Shown here: positions 1 through 9,272 of the stretch, piece by piece
How the letters are laid out: each line of letters starts with the position of its first letter
How positions within the stretch are numbered: position 1 is the stretch's first letter
Source: Candidatus Methanoperedens sp.
GTDB taxonomy: Archaea > Halobacteriota > Methanosarcinia > Methanosarcinales > Methanoperedenaceae
Reading direction: 5' to 3'
Assembly: GCA_041494705.1 (NCBI GenBank)
Contig: JBGQBI010000005.1
Coordinates: forward strand, 180,001-212,000
DNA: 32,000 bases
Made by a program: the position numbers and the translations under genes
Notes under the pieces: model-generated
Seen by the model: the letters and a program-made list of their open reading frames with translations, nothing else
Told to the model about the DNA's origin: nothing
Database searches by the model: none

Positions 1-223
1 TAAAAACTGAAGCTTGACCGCAAATATTAAATACTATCAAATTTATGTATAAACTTGTCTATTTATAGACAGGTTGGGCGGGTTGGGGAGTGGTGGTTTT
101 TTCAATTCTGTCAGCCTATGTATAAACTCCTCCTCACCCAAAGCCTGAATCTTGTCCTTTGCGAGTTTTCGGTTTTCAATACGAAAAAATTATTGTACAG
201 GCGTCTATTAATCAAATAGGGAA

Positions 224-1984
224 ATGACAACTATTGAAGATGCCAAAAAACTTCCGGATTCTCCCGGCGTTTACCTGATGAAAGATAAGGAGGAGCGTGT
301 CATCTATGTGGGAAAAGCTGCATCGCTAAGGGACAGGGTGAGCCAGTATTTCAGGGAGCAGGTATCGCCTAAAACAAGAATGCTCGTGCAGAATATCGAA
401 GGGCTTGACTATATCGTTACCGGGAATGAGGTCGAGGCGCTTGTTCTTGAGTCAAACCTCATAAAGGAACACATGCCGCGCTATAATGTGCGCCTCCGGG
501 ATGACAAGGCATACCCTTTTATCAAGATTACAAATGAGGATTTCCCCCGGATATGCATTGCGCGAAGAAGGGAGCAGGACGGGGCGCAGTATTTTGGTCC
601 TTATCCGAGTTCAAAGGCCGTGCGAGAACTGATAAGAATGGCATCAAGTTTCGGTATCAGGCGGTGCAAGAAGAAACTGCCCTGCCTCCCATGCCTTAAC
701 TATTATATAAAACAATGCGCAGCCCCGTGTCTTGGCGAGGTGACAAAAGAGGAATATCTGGATATAATCAGGAATGTTACCGATTTCCTGAAAGGGAAGG
801 GAAACCAGTTAATACGGTCTCTCAAAGATGAGATGGCAAGGCTCTCGGAAGTTCAGGAATACGAGGCTGCTGCCCGCATCAGGGACCAGGTTAATGCGCT
901 GGAGGAACTGTCGGAGAGACAGCGTGTGAATGCGCCCGGTAAAAAAGAGCAGGATGTGATTGCTTACGCCATATCGGGCAGCATTGGCAGCATCCAGGTA
1001 TTCCACATAAGCGAAGGTAAGCTCCGAGGAAGGGAAACATTTTCACTGAACACGGCAGGCTCGGATGAGGCAGAAGTGCTGTCAAGCTTTATCAAACAAC
1101 ACTATCAGGACATCGAGCCGCCGCAAGAAATCGTAATACAGATTGAGATTGAAGACGAGGCGATATTGCGCTGGCTCAAGGAGAAGGAGACAAAGCTCAA
1201 AACTCCAAAAAACAAAGTCGAAAAAGGGTTGATGAACCTTGCGCAGGAAAATGCCAGGCTGCTCCTGAATATGAAAGTGGCCGCGGAAAGCAAAGACAAA
1301 AATCAAGCGCTCCTTGACCTCCAGAAAGCTCTTGGCCTTCCTGCTGCGCCCACTTTAATAGAAGCATTTGATATTTCAAACATCAGCGGCACCAATGCCA
1401 CAGGTTCCCTCGTTGCATTTACTAATGGCGAACCTGACAAGAAAAATTACCGCAGGTTCAGGATAAAAACAATTGAAGGCGCGGATGATTTTGCGATGAT
1501 GGGGGAGGTCGTGGGACGCGCATACTCGCGAAGGAAAGAGGAAGGAAAAAGGATGCCTGACCTTGTTTTGGTTGACGGGGGAAAAGGGCAGTTAAACGCA
1601 GCTCTTTCTGCCATTTCCCGAATTGGTTTGAAGCTCAACACAGCGGCGCTTGCTAAGGAGTTTGAGTATATTTTTCTTCCTGAAAGAGAGGCGCCGGTCA
1701 TTTTGCCGAAGGATTCGCCTGCGCTTAAATTATTGCAGAGGATAAGGGATGAAGCCCACAGGTTCGCCATCGGATACCACAGGAAATTGCGGGGAAAGAA
1801 GCTCCGGGAGTCGGCGCTGGACAGGATAACGGGGATTGGGGAGAAGAAAAAACAGGCGCTTCTGCGGCATTTTGGGTCTGTTGAGGGGTTGAAGAAGGCT
1901 GAGGTTTCGGAGATTGGGAAAGTGCCGGGGATTACGAAGAAGGATGCAGATGCTGTTTATGGGTATTTTCATAAATCTGATTAG
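224..1984 (+). CDS. uvrC: Excinuclease ABC subunit C (UvrC)
   Basis: 586-aa ORF. It has an N-terminal GIY-YIG signature (PGVYLMKD..VIYVGKA..LRDRV.QYF), a UVR-like helix (EYEAAARIRDQV) and a C-terminal endonuclease plus helix-hairpin-helix region (ITGIGEKKKQALLRHFGS). ATG at 224, TAG stop. Confidence 0.95.
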   Translation: MTTIEDAKKLPDSPGVYLMKDKEERVIYVGKAASLRDRVSQYFREQVSPKTRMLVQNIEGLDYIVTGNEVEALVLESNLIKEHMPRYNVRLRDDKAYPFIKITNEDFPRICIARRREQDGAQYFGPYPSSKAVRELIRMASSFGIRRCKKKLPCLPCLNYYIKQCAAPCLGEVTKEEYLDIIRNVTDFLKGKGNQLIRSLKDEMARLSEVQEYEAAARIRDQVNALEELSERQRVNAPGKKEQDVIAYAISGSIGSIQVFHISEGKLRGRETFSLNTAGSDEAEVLSSFIKQHYQDIEPPQEIVIQIEIEDEAILRWLKEKETKLKTPKNKVEKGLMNLAQENARLLLNMKVAAESKDKNQALLDLQKALGLPAAPTLIEAFDISNISGTNATGSLVAFTNGEPDKKNYRRFRIKTIEGADDFAMMGEVVGRAYSRRKEEGKRMPDLVLVDGGKGQLNAALSAISRIGLKLNTAALAKEFEYIFLPEREAPVILPKDSPALKLLQRIRDEAHRFAIGYHRKLRGKKLRESALDRITGIGEKKKQALLRHFGSVEGLKKAEVSEIGKVPGITKKDADAVYGYFHKSD

Positions 1985-2367
1985 AACTCCAGTCTCGCGG
2001 CAATGACAATGTTGATTAAGTTTATAAATATGCCTGACAGTATGAAAATCGGAGGTAACCTGTGGTTTGCCAGCATTTCAAGAACGCACGATGCATGCTT
2101 GACCCGAAATACCACAAGCCCATACAGGCTGAGATTACAGGCTATTGTGAAGCGGAGAATAATTACGATTGCCCGATAATCAATAAGTACAGCGGGCTTG
2201 AAGGCATGTCCTGTTAATGAGTTTGCAGAAATAACAGCTTAAGTTCTTCATTATGATGTATCGTTTTATTTTTGATTCCGTTTTTCAACTTTTAATCAAC
2301 TTTCCTCCTCGCATGTAAAAAGTTATAATACGTTTGCGATTCAATATTAATCAAGGGAGATCAGGAA

Positions 2368-3240
2368 ATGTTAATCGGGAATATCAATATCAGCGATTTA
2401 GTAAATGTAGTGTGGATACTGATTCTTCTATCGTTCTTTTTCCCATTCATAATGAGGCGCATCCTGACAGGGCAGCGGATGGCGACCATAAAGGTCATGG
2501 AAAAGAAGCGCCAGTCCCGGGTTATCACGATGATCCACCGTCAGGAGACCATGAGTTTCCTGGGTATTCCGATTGCCCGCTACATCGACATCGAGGATTC
2601 CGAAGCGGTGCTCCGGGCTATCCGCCTGACGCCGCCTGACATGCCCATAGACCTTGTACTGCATACGCCCGGAGGGCTTGTACTTGCCGCGGAACAGATA
2701 GCCTGCGCCCTTAAACGCCACACAGGCAAAGTTACGGTATTCATTCCCCATTATGCCATGTCAGGCGGTACCCTTGTAGCGCTTTCCGCAGATGAAATAG
2801 TTCTTGATAACAATGCCGTGCTCGGCCCGGTTGACCCGCAGCTGGGCGGACAGCAGAACTACTATCCTGCGGCTTCGATCCTGAAGGCGCTGGAACAGCC
2901 CAATCCAAACCGTGATGACCATATCCTTATTCTTGGCGACGTGGCAAGGAAAGCCATTGACCAGGTTTATAATACGGTTTATAATCTCCTACTTGAACAG
3001 CATGGGAAAGAGAAAGCCGCAGAGCTTGCCAAGACCCTGAGCGAGGGGCGCTGGACGCATGACTATCCGATTGATTTTGAACAGGCAAAGGCTCTGGGTT
3101 TGCCGGTAAATGACCAGGTGCCAAAAGAGATTTACGACCTGATGGAACTTTATCCGCAGGCAGGGCAGCGCCGGCCTTCAGTGGAATTCATTCCTATCCC
3201 ATACTTGCCGCCGCGGTCTCCGGGAAAAGGAGAAAGATAA
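2368..3240 (+). CDS. Membrane-anchored ClpP/SppA-fold serine protease (SDH 'serine dehydrogenase proteinase' family)
   Basis: 290-aa ORF with an N-terminal TM helix (VVWILILLSFFFPFI). ClpP-fold motifs are present: LHTPGG..AAEQIA and a nucleophile context HYAMSGGTLVALSADEIV. A GGGAGA-type RBS lies just upstream of the ATG. Confidence 0.8.
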   Translation: MLIGNINISDLVNVVWILILLSFFFPFIMRRILTGQRMATIKVMEKKRQSRVITMIHRQETMSFLGIPIARYIDIEDSEAVLRAIRLTPPDMPIDLVLHTPGGLVLAAEQIACALKRHTGKVTVFIPHYAMSGGTLVALSADEIVLDNNAVLGPVDPQLGGQQNYYPAASILKALEQPNPNRDDHILILGDVARKAIDQVYNTVYNLLLEQHGKEKAAELAKTLSEGRWTHDYPIDFEQAKALGLPVNDQVPKEIYDLMELYPQAGQRRPSVEFIPIPYLPPRSPGKGER

Positions 3241-3275
3241 CGCTCATACAAAATGAAGAGTTCTAAAATTCACTA

Positions 3276-4016
3276 TTATATTCTTTCAACCACGAATTTG
3301 CAATGATGATGCCCCGTTCCGCAGCATTCAGTTTCTTTGACATTGCAGTGGCGATCCAATTTGCTTGAAAAAACACCTTCAATAATACCCTCGTCCATCG
3401 AGCACAATGTTTTCCCGACATTCGGCATTTTACTGCAATGATGGCAATTATTGACCACCAGCGTCGGCCTGTCGGCGTCAATAAAAGTCATATCCCCGAG
3501 CTCATGGTGTTCCCAGAAAACAGAAAGTTCATCTAAAATTGCATCGCAATCTTTCGACTTGAAAGCCGGCCCGATTTTAATACCTATATCGATTCCCAGT
3601 TTTTTCAATATCGGTTTCGGGTCAATGCCAAATGCTTCCATGCCGAACCTGAATGTGCAGAAAAGTTTGTCTTTGAAAGAATCACCATTCAATATCGATA
3701 GAGCAAGATTGTCCAGATGTGAGTTATATTGATTACGTAAAGGGGTTTCTGAATATGCCAGGTAAAGGGAATTCAATACAAAATATTTTTTGCGCTTATC
3801 GTTCGGGAATGTTTTTTCCTGTATCAGATTCAATTGCACAAGGTCATGCAAGTGCACCGAAATTGTGGATTTTGCCTTATTGGAATTTTCAACAAGTTCA
3901 TCAAAAGATTTTGTGCCGTTTTCAAGAAGTTTCAGGATTTTTAACTTAACCGGACTGTCAAGAGCTACCATACCATTATCAGTAAATAAAATTACTGTAG
4001 TCGGGCTCTTATCCAT
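3276..4016 (-). CDS. Transcriptional regulator: N-terminal ArsR-type winged HTH plus C-terminal Cys/His-rich V4R-like domain
   Basis: 246-aa ORF. The N-terminus (PVKLKILKLLENGTKSFDELVENSNKAKSTISVHLHDLVQLNLI) resembles an ArsR-type wHTH. The C-terminus (NNCHHCSK...CSMDEGIIEG...ECCGTGHHHCKFVV) matches the V4R C..C/E..C...G...C pattern. Confidence 0.7.
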   Translation of the reverse strand: MDKSPTTVILFTDNGMVALDSPVKLKILKLLENGTKSFDELVENSNKAKSTISVHLHDLVQLNLIQEKTFPNDKRKKYFVLNSLYLAYSETPLRNQYNSHLDNLALSILNGDSFKDKLFCTFRFGMEAFGIDPKPILKKLGIDIGIKIGPAFKSKDCDAILDELSVFWEHHELGDMTFIDADRPTLVVNNCHHCSKMPNVGKTLCSMDEGIIEGVFSSKLDRHCNVKETECCGTGHHHCKFVVERI

Positions 4017-4117
4017 GATTTGTAGATTGTTTTAGTAATATAAATATGTTCGTTTTTGTACGAAATTAATCCTTTTTGGATATAACATAAATATGAACCA
4101 ACCAATATGATGAAAAT

Positions 4118-5143
4118 ATGACGAGGGATAAACGCACTATTAAATTCACAAGACCGATTGCATCAAATGCTGAAGGGTTACAGCTTGCCACTCCCGAAAT
4201 CGTTGCCAGGTATATTGCAAAAAGGCTAAAAACTAATATCATCGCAGACCTCGGCTGCGGAATCGGAGGGCAGGTCATTTTTTTTGCAAAAGAATGTAAA
4301 AAGGTCTATGCGGTTGAGAGAAACCCGGAAAAGCTTGAATATGCAAAAGAAAATTGCAGATTGTACAATGTCGAAAATGTCGAATTTATCCTCGGTGATG
4401 CGCTGTCCGAAAACGTAAAAGCGCAGGTTTCCGATGCGGATATTATCTTCTCAGACCCGGCGCGCCCAATATCCGAAAAAGAGCGCACACTTGAAAATCT
4501 TGAGCCCCCGATTACTGAAATACTAAAAATGTATTCTGATATCACGCCCGAGCTTGCATTCCATGCGCCGCCGCAGATGCCGCCGGCGCGGATAACGCTT
4601 GATTGTGAGCGCGAGTACCTGTCATTGAACGGGCAATTGAACAGGCTGACTCTTTATTTTGGCGCTCTTTCGAGATGCGAGAGAAGCGCTGTTGTTCTTC
4701 CGGGCGAGGCGAAACTCTGCTCTTCTGATGCGCCGTCGATTGAAACAGGCACGCTGCGCGAGTATGTGCATGAGCCTGAGCCGTCTGTCGTGAAAGCCGG
4801 ACTCTTAAATGAGCTTGCACAGGCAATAAAAAAATCGGGTAATGATATTTTGTTCTATAAAAGCGATGAGAAGCGCACCCTTTTGACTTCTTCAGGGCTT
4901 ATCGTTTCACCATTCATTAAAGATACATACCGCGTTTCGGGTAAAACCGAAAGGGATATTGTGAAGATGAAGGAGATTTTAAAGTCGGAAAAAGCCGGGA
5001 AAGTGGTTCTGCGTTTTGATATTGAGCCTCGGGACTACTGGGATTTAAGAAAAATGCTTGAAGAGGGGCTGAGCGGGAACAGGACGCTGCATGTGTTCGG
5101 GTTCGGGGATGAGGTGGTTGTGGGGGAGAAGGTCAGGAAATGA
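4118..5143 (+). CDS. Class I SAM-dependent methyltransferase with uncharacterised C-terminal domain
   Basis: 341-aa ORF. Rossmann MTase motif I (ADLGCGIGGQVIFFA), post-I (VYAVERNP) and motif IV-like (IIFSDPARP) are present. It resembles RsmD/Tgs1-type N-methyltransferases. The substrate cannot be called from sequence. Confidence 0.7.
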   Translation: MTRDKRTIKFTRPIASNAEGLQLATPEIVARYIAKRLKTNIIADLGCGIGGQVIFFAKECKKVYAVERNPEKLEYAKENCRLYNVENVEFILGDALSENVKAQVSDADIIFSDPARPISEKERTLENLEPPITEILKMYSDITPELAFHAPPQMPPARITLDCEREYLSLNGQLNRLTLYFGALSRCERSAVVLPGEAKLCSSDAPSIETGTLREYVHEPEPSVVKAGLLNELAQAIKKSGNDILFYKSDEKRTLLTSSGLIVSPFIKDTYRVSGKTERDIVKMKEILKSEKAGKVVLRFDIEPRDYWDLRKMLEEGLSGNRTLHVFGFGDEVVVGEKVRK

Positions 5144-5423
5144 GGACGGGGGGAAATGAGATACTGTTACAATTGGTGTTGGTAATTGCCCTAATGTGCA
5201 ATATATTACCTTACAATGAATCAAATGATTCATAGATAAATAAGACATATCGATGCCCAAAATGCGGTAAGAAAAAATATGTCTCATTTACCTGTAAATG
5301 CCGATTATGCACTTAGTGCGGAACAAAGGCAGCAAACTAATGGGCAGATGAAATTCATTATTAAGCTAAATTGCCCTGATAGGGCTTTTCTTGAGGATTT
5401 CTATACATAGTTCTTTTTTCTTA

Positions 5424-5777
5424 TCAATCATAATCTTCCCATTTCTTATAGCCTCTATCAACTAATAATTTTCGAACTCTAGAGTTCTGCTCTTTACTAG
5501 ATTTCCATCTTTTTTTATCTTCGTATTTGGAACTATCAAATTCTTTTGCATATCTCTCAATTTCTACCGATTTAAAATTGATGTTCTTCGCTAAAAAGGG
5601 TATTTTACCTATATAGAATAATTTATTTAACTGACCCTCAAATAATCCAACCGCAATCTTTTCGAATTCCTTTAAATTTTCATCCTTTTTTTTAATCACT
5701 TTTCCACCAACAGATAATCTCATTAGTTCGTCTACCCACCTTTCAAAACAATATTCATATTTTGGCTTTTCTTCCAT
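5424..5777 (-). CDS. Hypothetical Lys/Glu-rich protein, 117 aa, no family recognised
   Basis: This is the only long ORF in a markedly AT-rich ~1 kb stretch. It has an ATG start and protein-like composition, but I recognise no motif. Confidence 0.4.
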   Translation of the reverse strand: MEEKPKYEYCFERWVDELMRLSVGGKVIKKKDENLKEFEKIAVGLFEGQLNKLFYIGKIPFLAKNINFKSVEIERYAKEFDSSKYEDKKRWKSSKEQNSRVRKLLVDRGYKKWEDYD

Positions 5778-5805
5778 GATATTTTTCTAAATTCGACTTG
5801 CCGTT

Positions 5806-5943
5806 TTATTTTTTCACCACAAGGTTATATTTTTTATCTACCGTAAGTTTTGCATCAATTAAGCTTTTCGGTATCCACTTCAGGACTACACAGTGTGTTA
5901 TTTTATCTTGGCTGGCATTTTGGATTAAAGTAAGCCATTCCAT
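5806..5943 (-). CDS. Possible 45-aa small ORF (MEWLTLIQNASQDKITHCVVLKWIPKSLIDAKLTVDKKYNLVVKK), candidate leaderless transcript
   Basis: Hand-translated; it falls below the ORF-track cutoff. The ATG is at 5943. A TATA-like box (TATATAAT on the minus strand, ~5965-5974) lies about 27 nt upstream, the canonical archaeal TATA-to-TSS spacing. The ORF ends 28 nt before the 117-aa ORF start. Confidence 0.25.
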   Translation of the reverse strand: MEWLTLIQNASQDKITHCVVLKWIPKSLIDAKLTVDKKYNLVVKK

Positions 5944-6160
5944 AATGATTCAATTCGTATTGATAATTATATACAATAATCAAAGCTATCATTAGGATTG
6001 CCCTACGCCCTAAATAGAGCACACAAAAGCGATTGTGCGCCTGCCCCACCCAAACATTCATTTTTTAAGGTCATTTCAATTTGCCAACACCAATTGAAAC
6101 CATCTCGGAAATAACCAAACTATTTATATCCCCTCCCCCATTAAAAAATGGGTGTTGCAC

Positions 6161-6952
6161 ATGGTAGATATATTATCAATAGGAATCGTACTAATTTTAA
6201 TAGTAATAATACTTGCACAATCAATCAAAGTAGTGAGAGAATACGAACGAGTCGTGATTTTCAGGATGGGAAGGCTATTCGGGGCAAAAGGGCCGGGGAT
6301 ATTCTTTATAATCCCAATCGTGGACAGTCCTGTAAAAGTGGACCTGCGGATAATCACAATCGACGTGCCGAAGCAGACCATCATCACAAGGGATAACGTG
6401 AGCGTGGATGTTGATGCAGTCATTTACTACCGCGTCGTTGAACCTATGAATGCTATTACAAAGGTAGAGAACTACAGGATAGCCACAAGCATGCTGGGAC
6501 AGACAACCTTGAGGGACATCCTCGGGCAGATAGAACTGGATGACCTCCTCGCAAAGCGGGAAGACCTGAACAAGAAACTCCAGGCCGTCCTTGATGTGGC
6601 AACAGAGCCGTGGGGCATAAAGATAACCGCAGTCACGATACGCGACGTGAGCCTGCCCGAGTCGATGATGCGCGCCATAGCAAAGCAGGCAGAGGCAGAA
6701 AGGGAGAGGCGCTCAAGAGTAATACTTGCAGAAGGGGAATTCCAGGCAAGCCAGAAGATGATGGAAGCTGCGGAATTATACCAGAAAGTGCCGATTGCCA
6801 TGAAACTCAGGGAACTCCAGACACTCGCTGAAATAGCGAGGGAGAAGAACATGATAGTTGTCACAACAGGCGCGCCTGGAAGCGATATGAGTAATATCGC
6901 AGGCTTGACCGGGGCTTTTGCAGAGGCTAAATTGAAGGCTGAAAGGAAATGA
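6161..6952 (+). CDS. SPFH/Band-7 (stomatin/prohibitin-like) membrane protein
   Basis: N-terminal TM helix followed by the SPFH core (IKVVREYERVVIFRMGRL...GPGIFFIIP..D....VDLR). The C-terminus is a coiled-coil rich in AEAERE. The track starts at GTG 6152; I prefer ATG 6161 (MVDILSIG...). Confidence 0.9.
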   Translation: MVDILSIGIVLILIVIILAQSIKVVREYERVVIFRMGRLFGAKGPGIFFIIPIVDSPVKVDLRIITIDVPKQTIITRDNVSVDVDAVIYYRVVEPMNAITKVENYRIATSMLGQTTLRDILGQIELDDLLAKREDLNKKLQAVLDVATEPWGIKITAVTIRDVSLPESMMRAIAKQAEAERERRSRVILAEGEFQASQKMMEAAELYQKVPIAMKLRELQTLAEIAREKNMIVVTTGAPGSDMSNIAGLTGAFAEAKLKAERK

Positions 6953-8247
6953 GGTTTTTACCTGCCCTTTTACCAGCCCTTTTATTTTTCATCATCTTAA
7001 CACAGACCGCCAGCGCACAGGTGATGGTGGTAGAGCTGAAGGATACCATCACTTCAGCAAGCGTTGAAATTGTAGGCGAGGCGCTCAACAATGCCAGGCT
7101 TGAGAATGCGCAGGCATTGATAATCGTCCTCGATACTCCCGGAGGTGGGCTTGATGAAACAAAAAAGATACTTGAGCAAATTGACGGCTCACCGGTGCCT
7201 GTTATCGGTTATGTGTACCCCAAGGGCGCAACTGCATGGTCAGCAGGGACACTCATACTTCTTGGAACTGACATCGCAGCCATGACCCCGAATACGATAA
7301 TCGGCTCAGCCCAGCCTGTAGAAGTGACTTCCGGGGGTCTCACGCCTGTTACTGAAGAAAAAATCATAAATGCGGTTGTTGCGCTTGCCGAGGAAAAAGC
7401 AAAACAGCACGGAAGGAATACCACCGCTGCAAAGGATTTTATTACGCAAAACCTGAATTTGAATGCCGAGCAGGCAAAAGAGGAAAATGTAATAGAAGTG
7501 GTTTCGCCCAATATCGAAGACCTTTTGACAAAAGTGGATGGAATGACAGTAAAAGGCAGGGTACTTAAGACCTCCGGGTCTGCTTTCACCTACTACACGC
7601 CGTCGCTTCGGCTTTCGATTATGAGTTTACTGGCAAATCCCATTCTTGCCCCCCTGCTTCTGATTGTGGGCATCTATGCACTCGTTTTCGGGCTAACAAG
7701 CCCGGGTTACGGGGCTGAGATATTCGGGGTTATTTCCATAAGCCTCGGGCTTATAGGACTTGGTTTCTCTGTAAATGTCGCAGCCGTATTCCTTATTGCG
7801 CTCGGAATGGCGCTGCTGCTGTTCGAACTGCATATCTCCGCCTTCGGGCTTATCGGTATGGCAGGCATTGTTTGCGTTGTCCTGGGAAGTGTACTGCTCG
7901 TTCCCATAGGCTATCCGGGACTGTATTCCCAGGAATTCCAGTTGACCATAGTTTTCAGCCTGCTTGCGCCAGCTATTGTTTTCGGGGGATTCCTTGCGTT
8001 TGCGATTTATAAAGTGGTACAGGTTCGGATGAGAAAACCTGTGATGGGAGAGATTGTGGGGGATAAGGCTGAAACAATCGACGAGCTAACTCCGGGGGCA
8101 ACTGGCTATGTTAGATACCAGGGTGAGTACTGGATTGCAAGGTCGGATGAGAGAATCGAGCCGAAAACAAAGGTGGTTATAACAGGAAAGGATGGGCCGG
8201 TGCTGGTTGTTGAACCATTGAAGGAAGTTCATCAGGGAAGTACGTAA
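6949..8247 (+). CDS. NfeD-family membrane-bound serine protease (stomatin-operon partner)
   Basis: 432-aa ORF with signal peptide MRFLPALLPALLFFIILTQTASA. It has a ClpP-like protease domain (LDTPGG...ATAWSAGTLILL), a multi-TM middle region and a C-terminal OB-fold NfeD domain (GYVRYQGEYWIARSD). The start overlaps the SPFH stop as ATGA. Confidence 0.9.
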   Translation: MRFLPALLPALLFFIILTQTASAQVMVVELKDTITSASVEIVGEALNNARLENAQALIIVLDTPGGGLDETKKILEQIDGSPVPVIGYVYPKGATAWSAGTLILLGTDIAAMTPNTIIGSAQPVEVTSGGLTPVTEEKIINAVVALAEEKAKQHGRNTTAAKDFITQNLNLNAEQAKEENVIEVVSPNIEDLLTKVDGMTVKGRVLKTSGSAFTYYTPSLRLSIMSLLANPILAPLLLIVGIYALVFGLTSPGYGAEIFGVISISLGLIGLGFSVNVAAVFLIALGMALLLFELHISAFGLIGMAGIVCVVLGSVLLVPIGYPGLYSQEFQLTIVFSLLAPAIVFGGFLAFAIYKVVQVRMRKPVMGEIVGDKAETIDELTPGATGYVRYQGEYWIARSDERIEPKTKVVITGKDGPVLVVEPLKEVHQGST

Positions 8248-9272
8248 ATCCCTTTTGTTGTTTTTATAACCTTAATCTCATCTCCGGGTTCAGCGCCCAG
8301 GAAATCAGGTCTTTTAATTGTAACCGTCTCATAGGTCTCAGGGTCAAGCACCTGAATCGTTTTATCTTCATCCGCGACCAGCACGGTAGCCTTTGCATTT
8401 AGCCTGTTGCCCAATTTCTTAATGTCCATCAGGTCATTAAAATTCTCAATGAACCTCTTCCCGGTTTCAAGGTCAATGCCGCTCACATGCTTTCCGGAGT
8501 TCTGTACCTCAATAACCCTGTCGTCTGCGCTTATGATATCCCCGCGCACAAATTCGGGAAGGCGAAGGGCGTATGTGATGCGGTAAAGGTCTTCACCGTT
8601 CTTTTGCCCCACAAGTTTAGGTGATTCCGTGAATTTTCCCCCGAAAACATCTATAATCGCCCTGCAAATCTGTTTTCCGAGCTTTATCGACCCGACGTAA
8701 AAATCGGTGCCTTCACCAAGGTCCTCGGTTTTTGCAATAAACGCAAGCCTGTCCCCCTTCTCCTGCGAGCGGGCAGAGACACTTTCGGCTATTTCCTTGC
8801 ATCTTCCAAGCTCTTCTTTTGAGGGAAGCCTTTTTTCAGCCCTTATCTGGACAATCCCCTCAAAATAACCGCCCGAAATCCTGCTGCAAGTATCGCACGT
8901 CTCCCAGCTTATCCTGACTTCAGTATCCTGCTCTAATTCAACAGGCATGCCCTTTATCATTGCTTTTGCATCGATGTGAACCCTGTATCTTGAATAGTCA
9001 AGCTGTTTCGGGGATAAAGTAAGTTCAAGATTCGAAACCAGGCTATCAAGCTTCAATGACCCCTTTACGCATTCAATAATTGTCTCGCTTTCGTCTTCTT
9101 TGGTTGACCATTTTCCTCTCTTATAAACAGAGCCGCAAACCGGGCATATCTTCGAAAAAAGAACTGCGGGGCATTCAAGAAGCTTTTTATCTTTGATGAA
9201 GCAGTGTTTGCATACATTTTCATAGAAAACATCTGCATTTTTACCGCATTTCGGGCAGAATAAGGTTGTCAT
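8232..9272 (-). CDS. NMD3-family protein (archaeal homologue of the 60S-subunit export adaptor)
   Basis: 346-aa ORF. The N-terminal zinc-ribbon cysteine pairs (CPKCG...CKHC...CPVCG) and overall length match the archaeal NMD3 family. The 3' end overlaps the convergent NfeD gene by 16 nt. Confidence 0.8.
   Translation of the reverse strand: MTTLFCPKCGKNADVFYENVCKHCFIKDKKLLECPAVLFSKICPVCGSVYKRGKWSTKEDESETIIECVKGSLKLDSLVSNLELTLSPKQLDYSRYRVHIDAKAMIKGMPVELEQDTEVRISWETCDTCSRISGGYFEGIVQIRAEKRLPSKEELGRCKEIAESVSARSQEKGDRLAFIAKTEDLGEGTDFYVGSIKLGKQICRAIIDVFGGKFTESPKLVGQKNGEDLYRITYALRLPEFVRGDIISADDRVIEVQNSGKHVSGIDLETGKRFIENFNDLMDIKKLGNRLNAKATVLVADEDKTIQVLDPETYETVTIKRPDFLGAEPGDEIKVIKTTKGIYVLP

Noticed and set aside
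43-186. Minus-strand open frame encoding IENRKLAKDKIQALGEEEFIHRLTELKKPP..., which looks protein-like and lies upstream of uvrC.
   Set aside because: It has no canonical start codon after the in-frame stop; only an internal TTG would give ~32 aa. It also lies at the window edge. That is not enough to call a gene.
2030-2179. Small ORFs in the 380-bp uvrC / protease spacer: plus-strand 49 aa MPDSMKIGGNLWFAS..., and minus-strand 32 aa MGLWYFGSS...
   Set aside because: Their composition is Arg-rich or otherwise odd. They have no RBS or properly spaced TATA box and no motifs. I treat them as non-coding.
5236-5340. Zinc-ribbon-like frame ...YRCPKCGKKKYVSFTCKCRLCT-TAG-CGTKAAN with a CPxCG motif and an in-frame TAG. 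It was considered as a small zinc-finger protein, a pyrrolysine read-through gene or a TnpB C-terminal relic.
   Set aside because: There is no ATG, GTG or TTG start after the upstream in-frame TAG at 5233. The upstream frame has no TnpB-like sequence. TAG is used as a normal stop here, for example by uvrC. At most this is a decayed fragment.
6074-6099. AT-rich 8-bp hairpin TTTCAATT-N10-AATTGAAA preceded by a T-run, considered as a possible terminator or small RNA.
   Set aside because: The stem is weak and made almost entirely of A/T pairs. It lies in an AT-rich region where such pairings arise by chance, and there is no adjacent transcript end to terminate.
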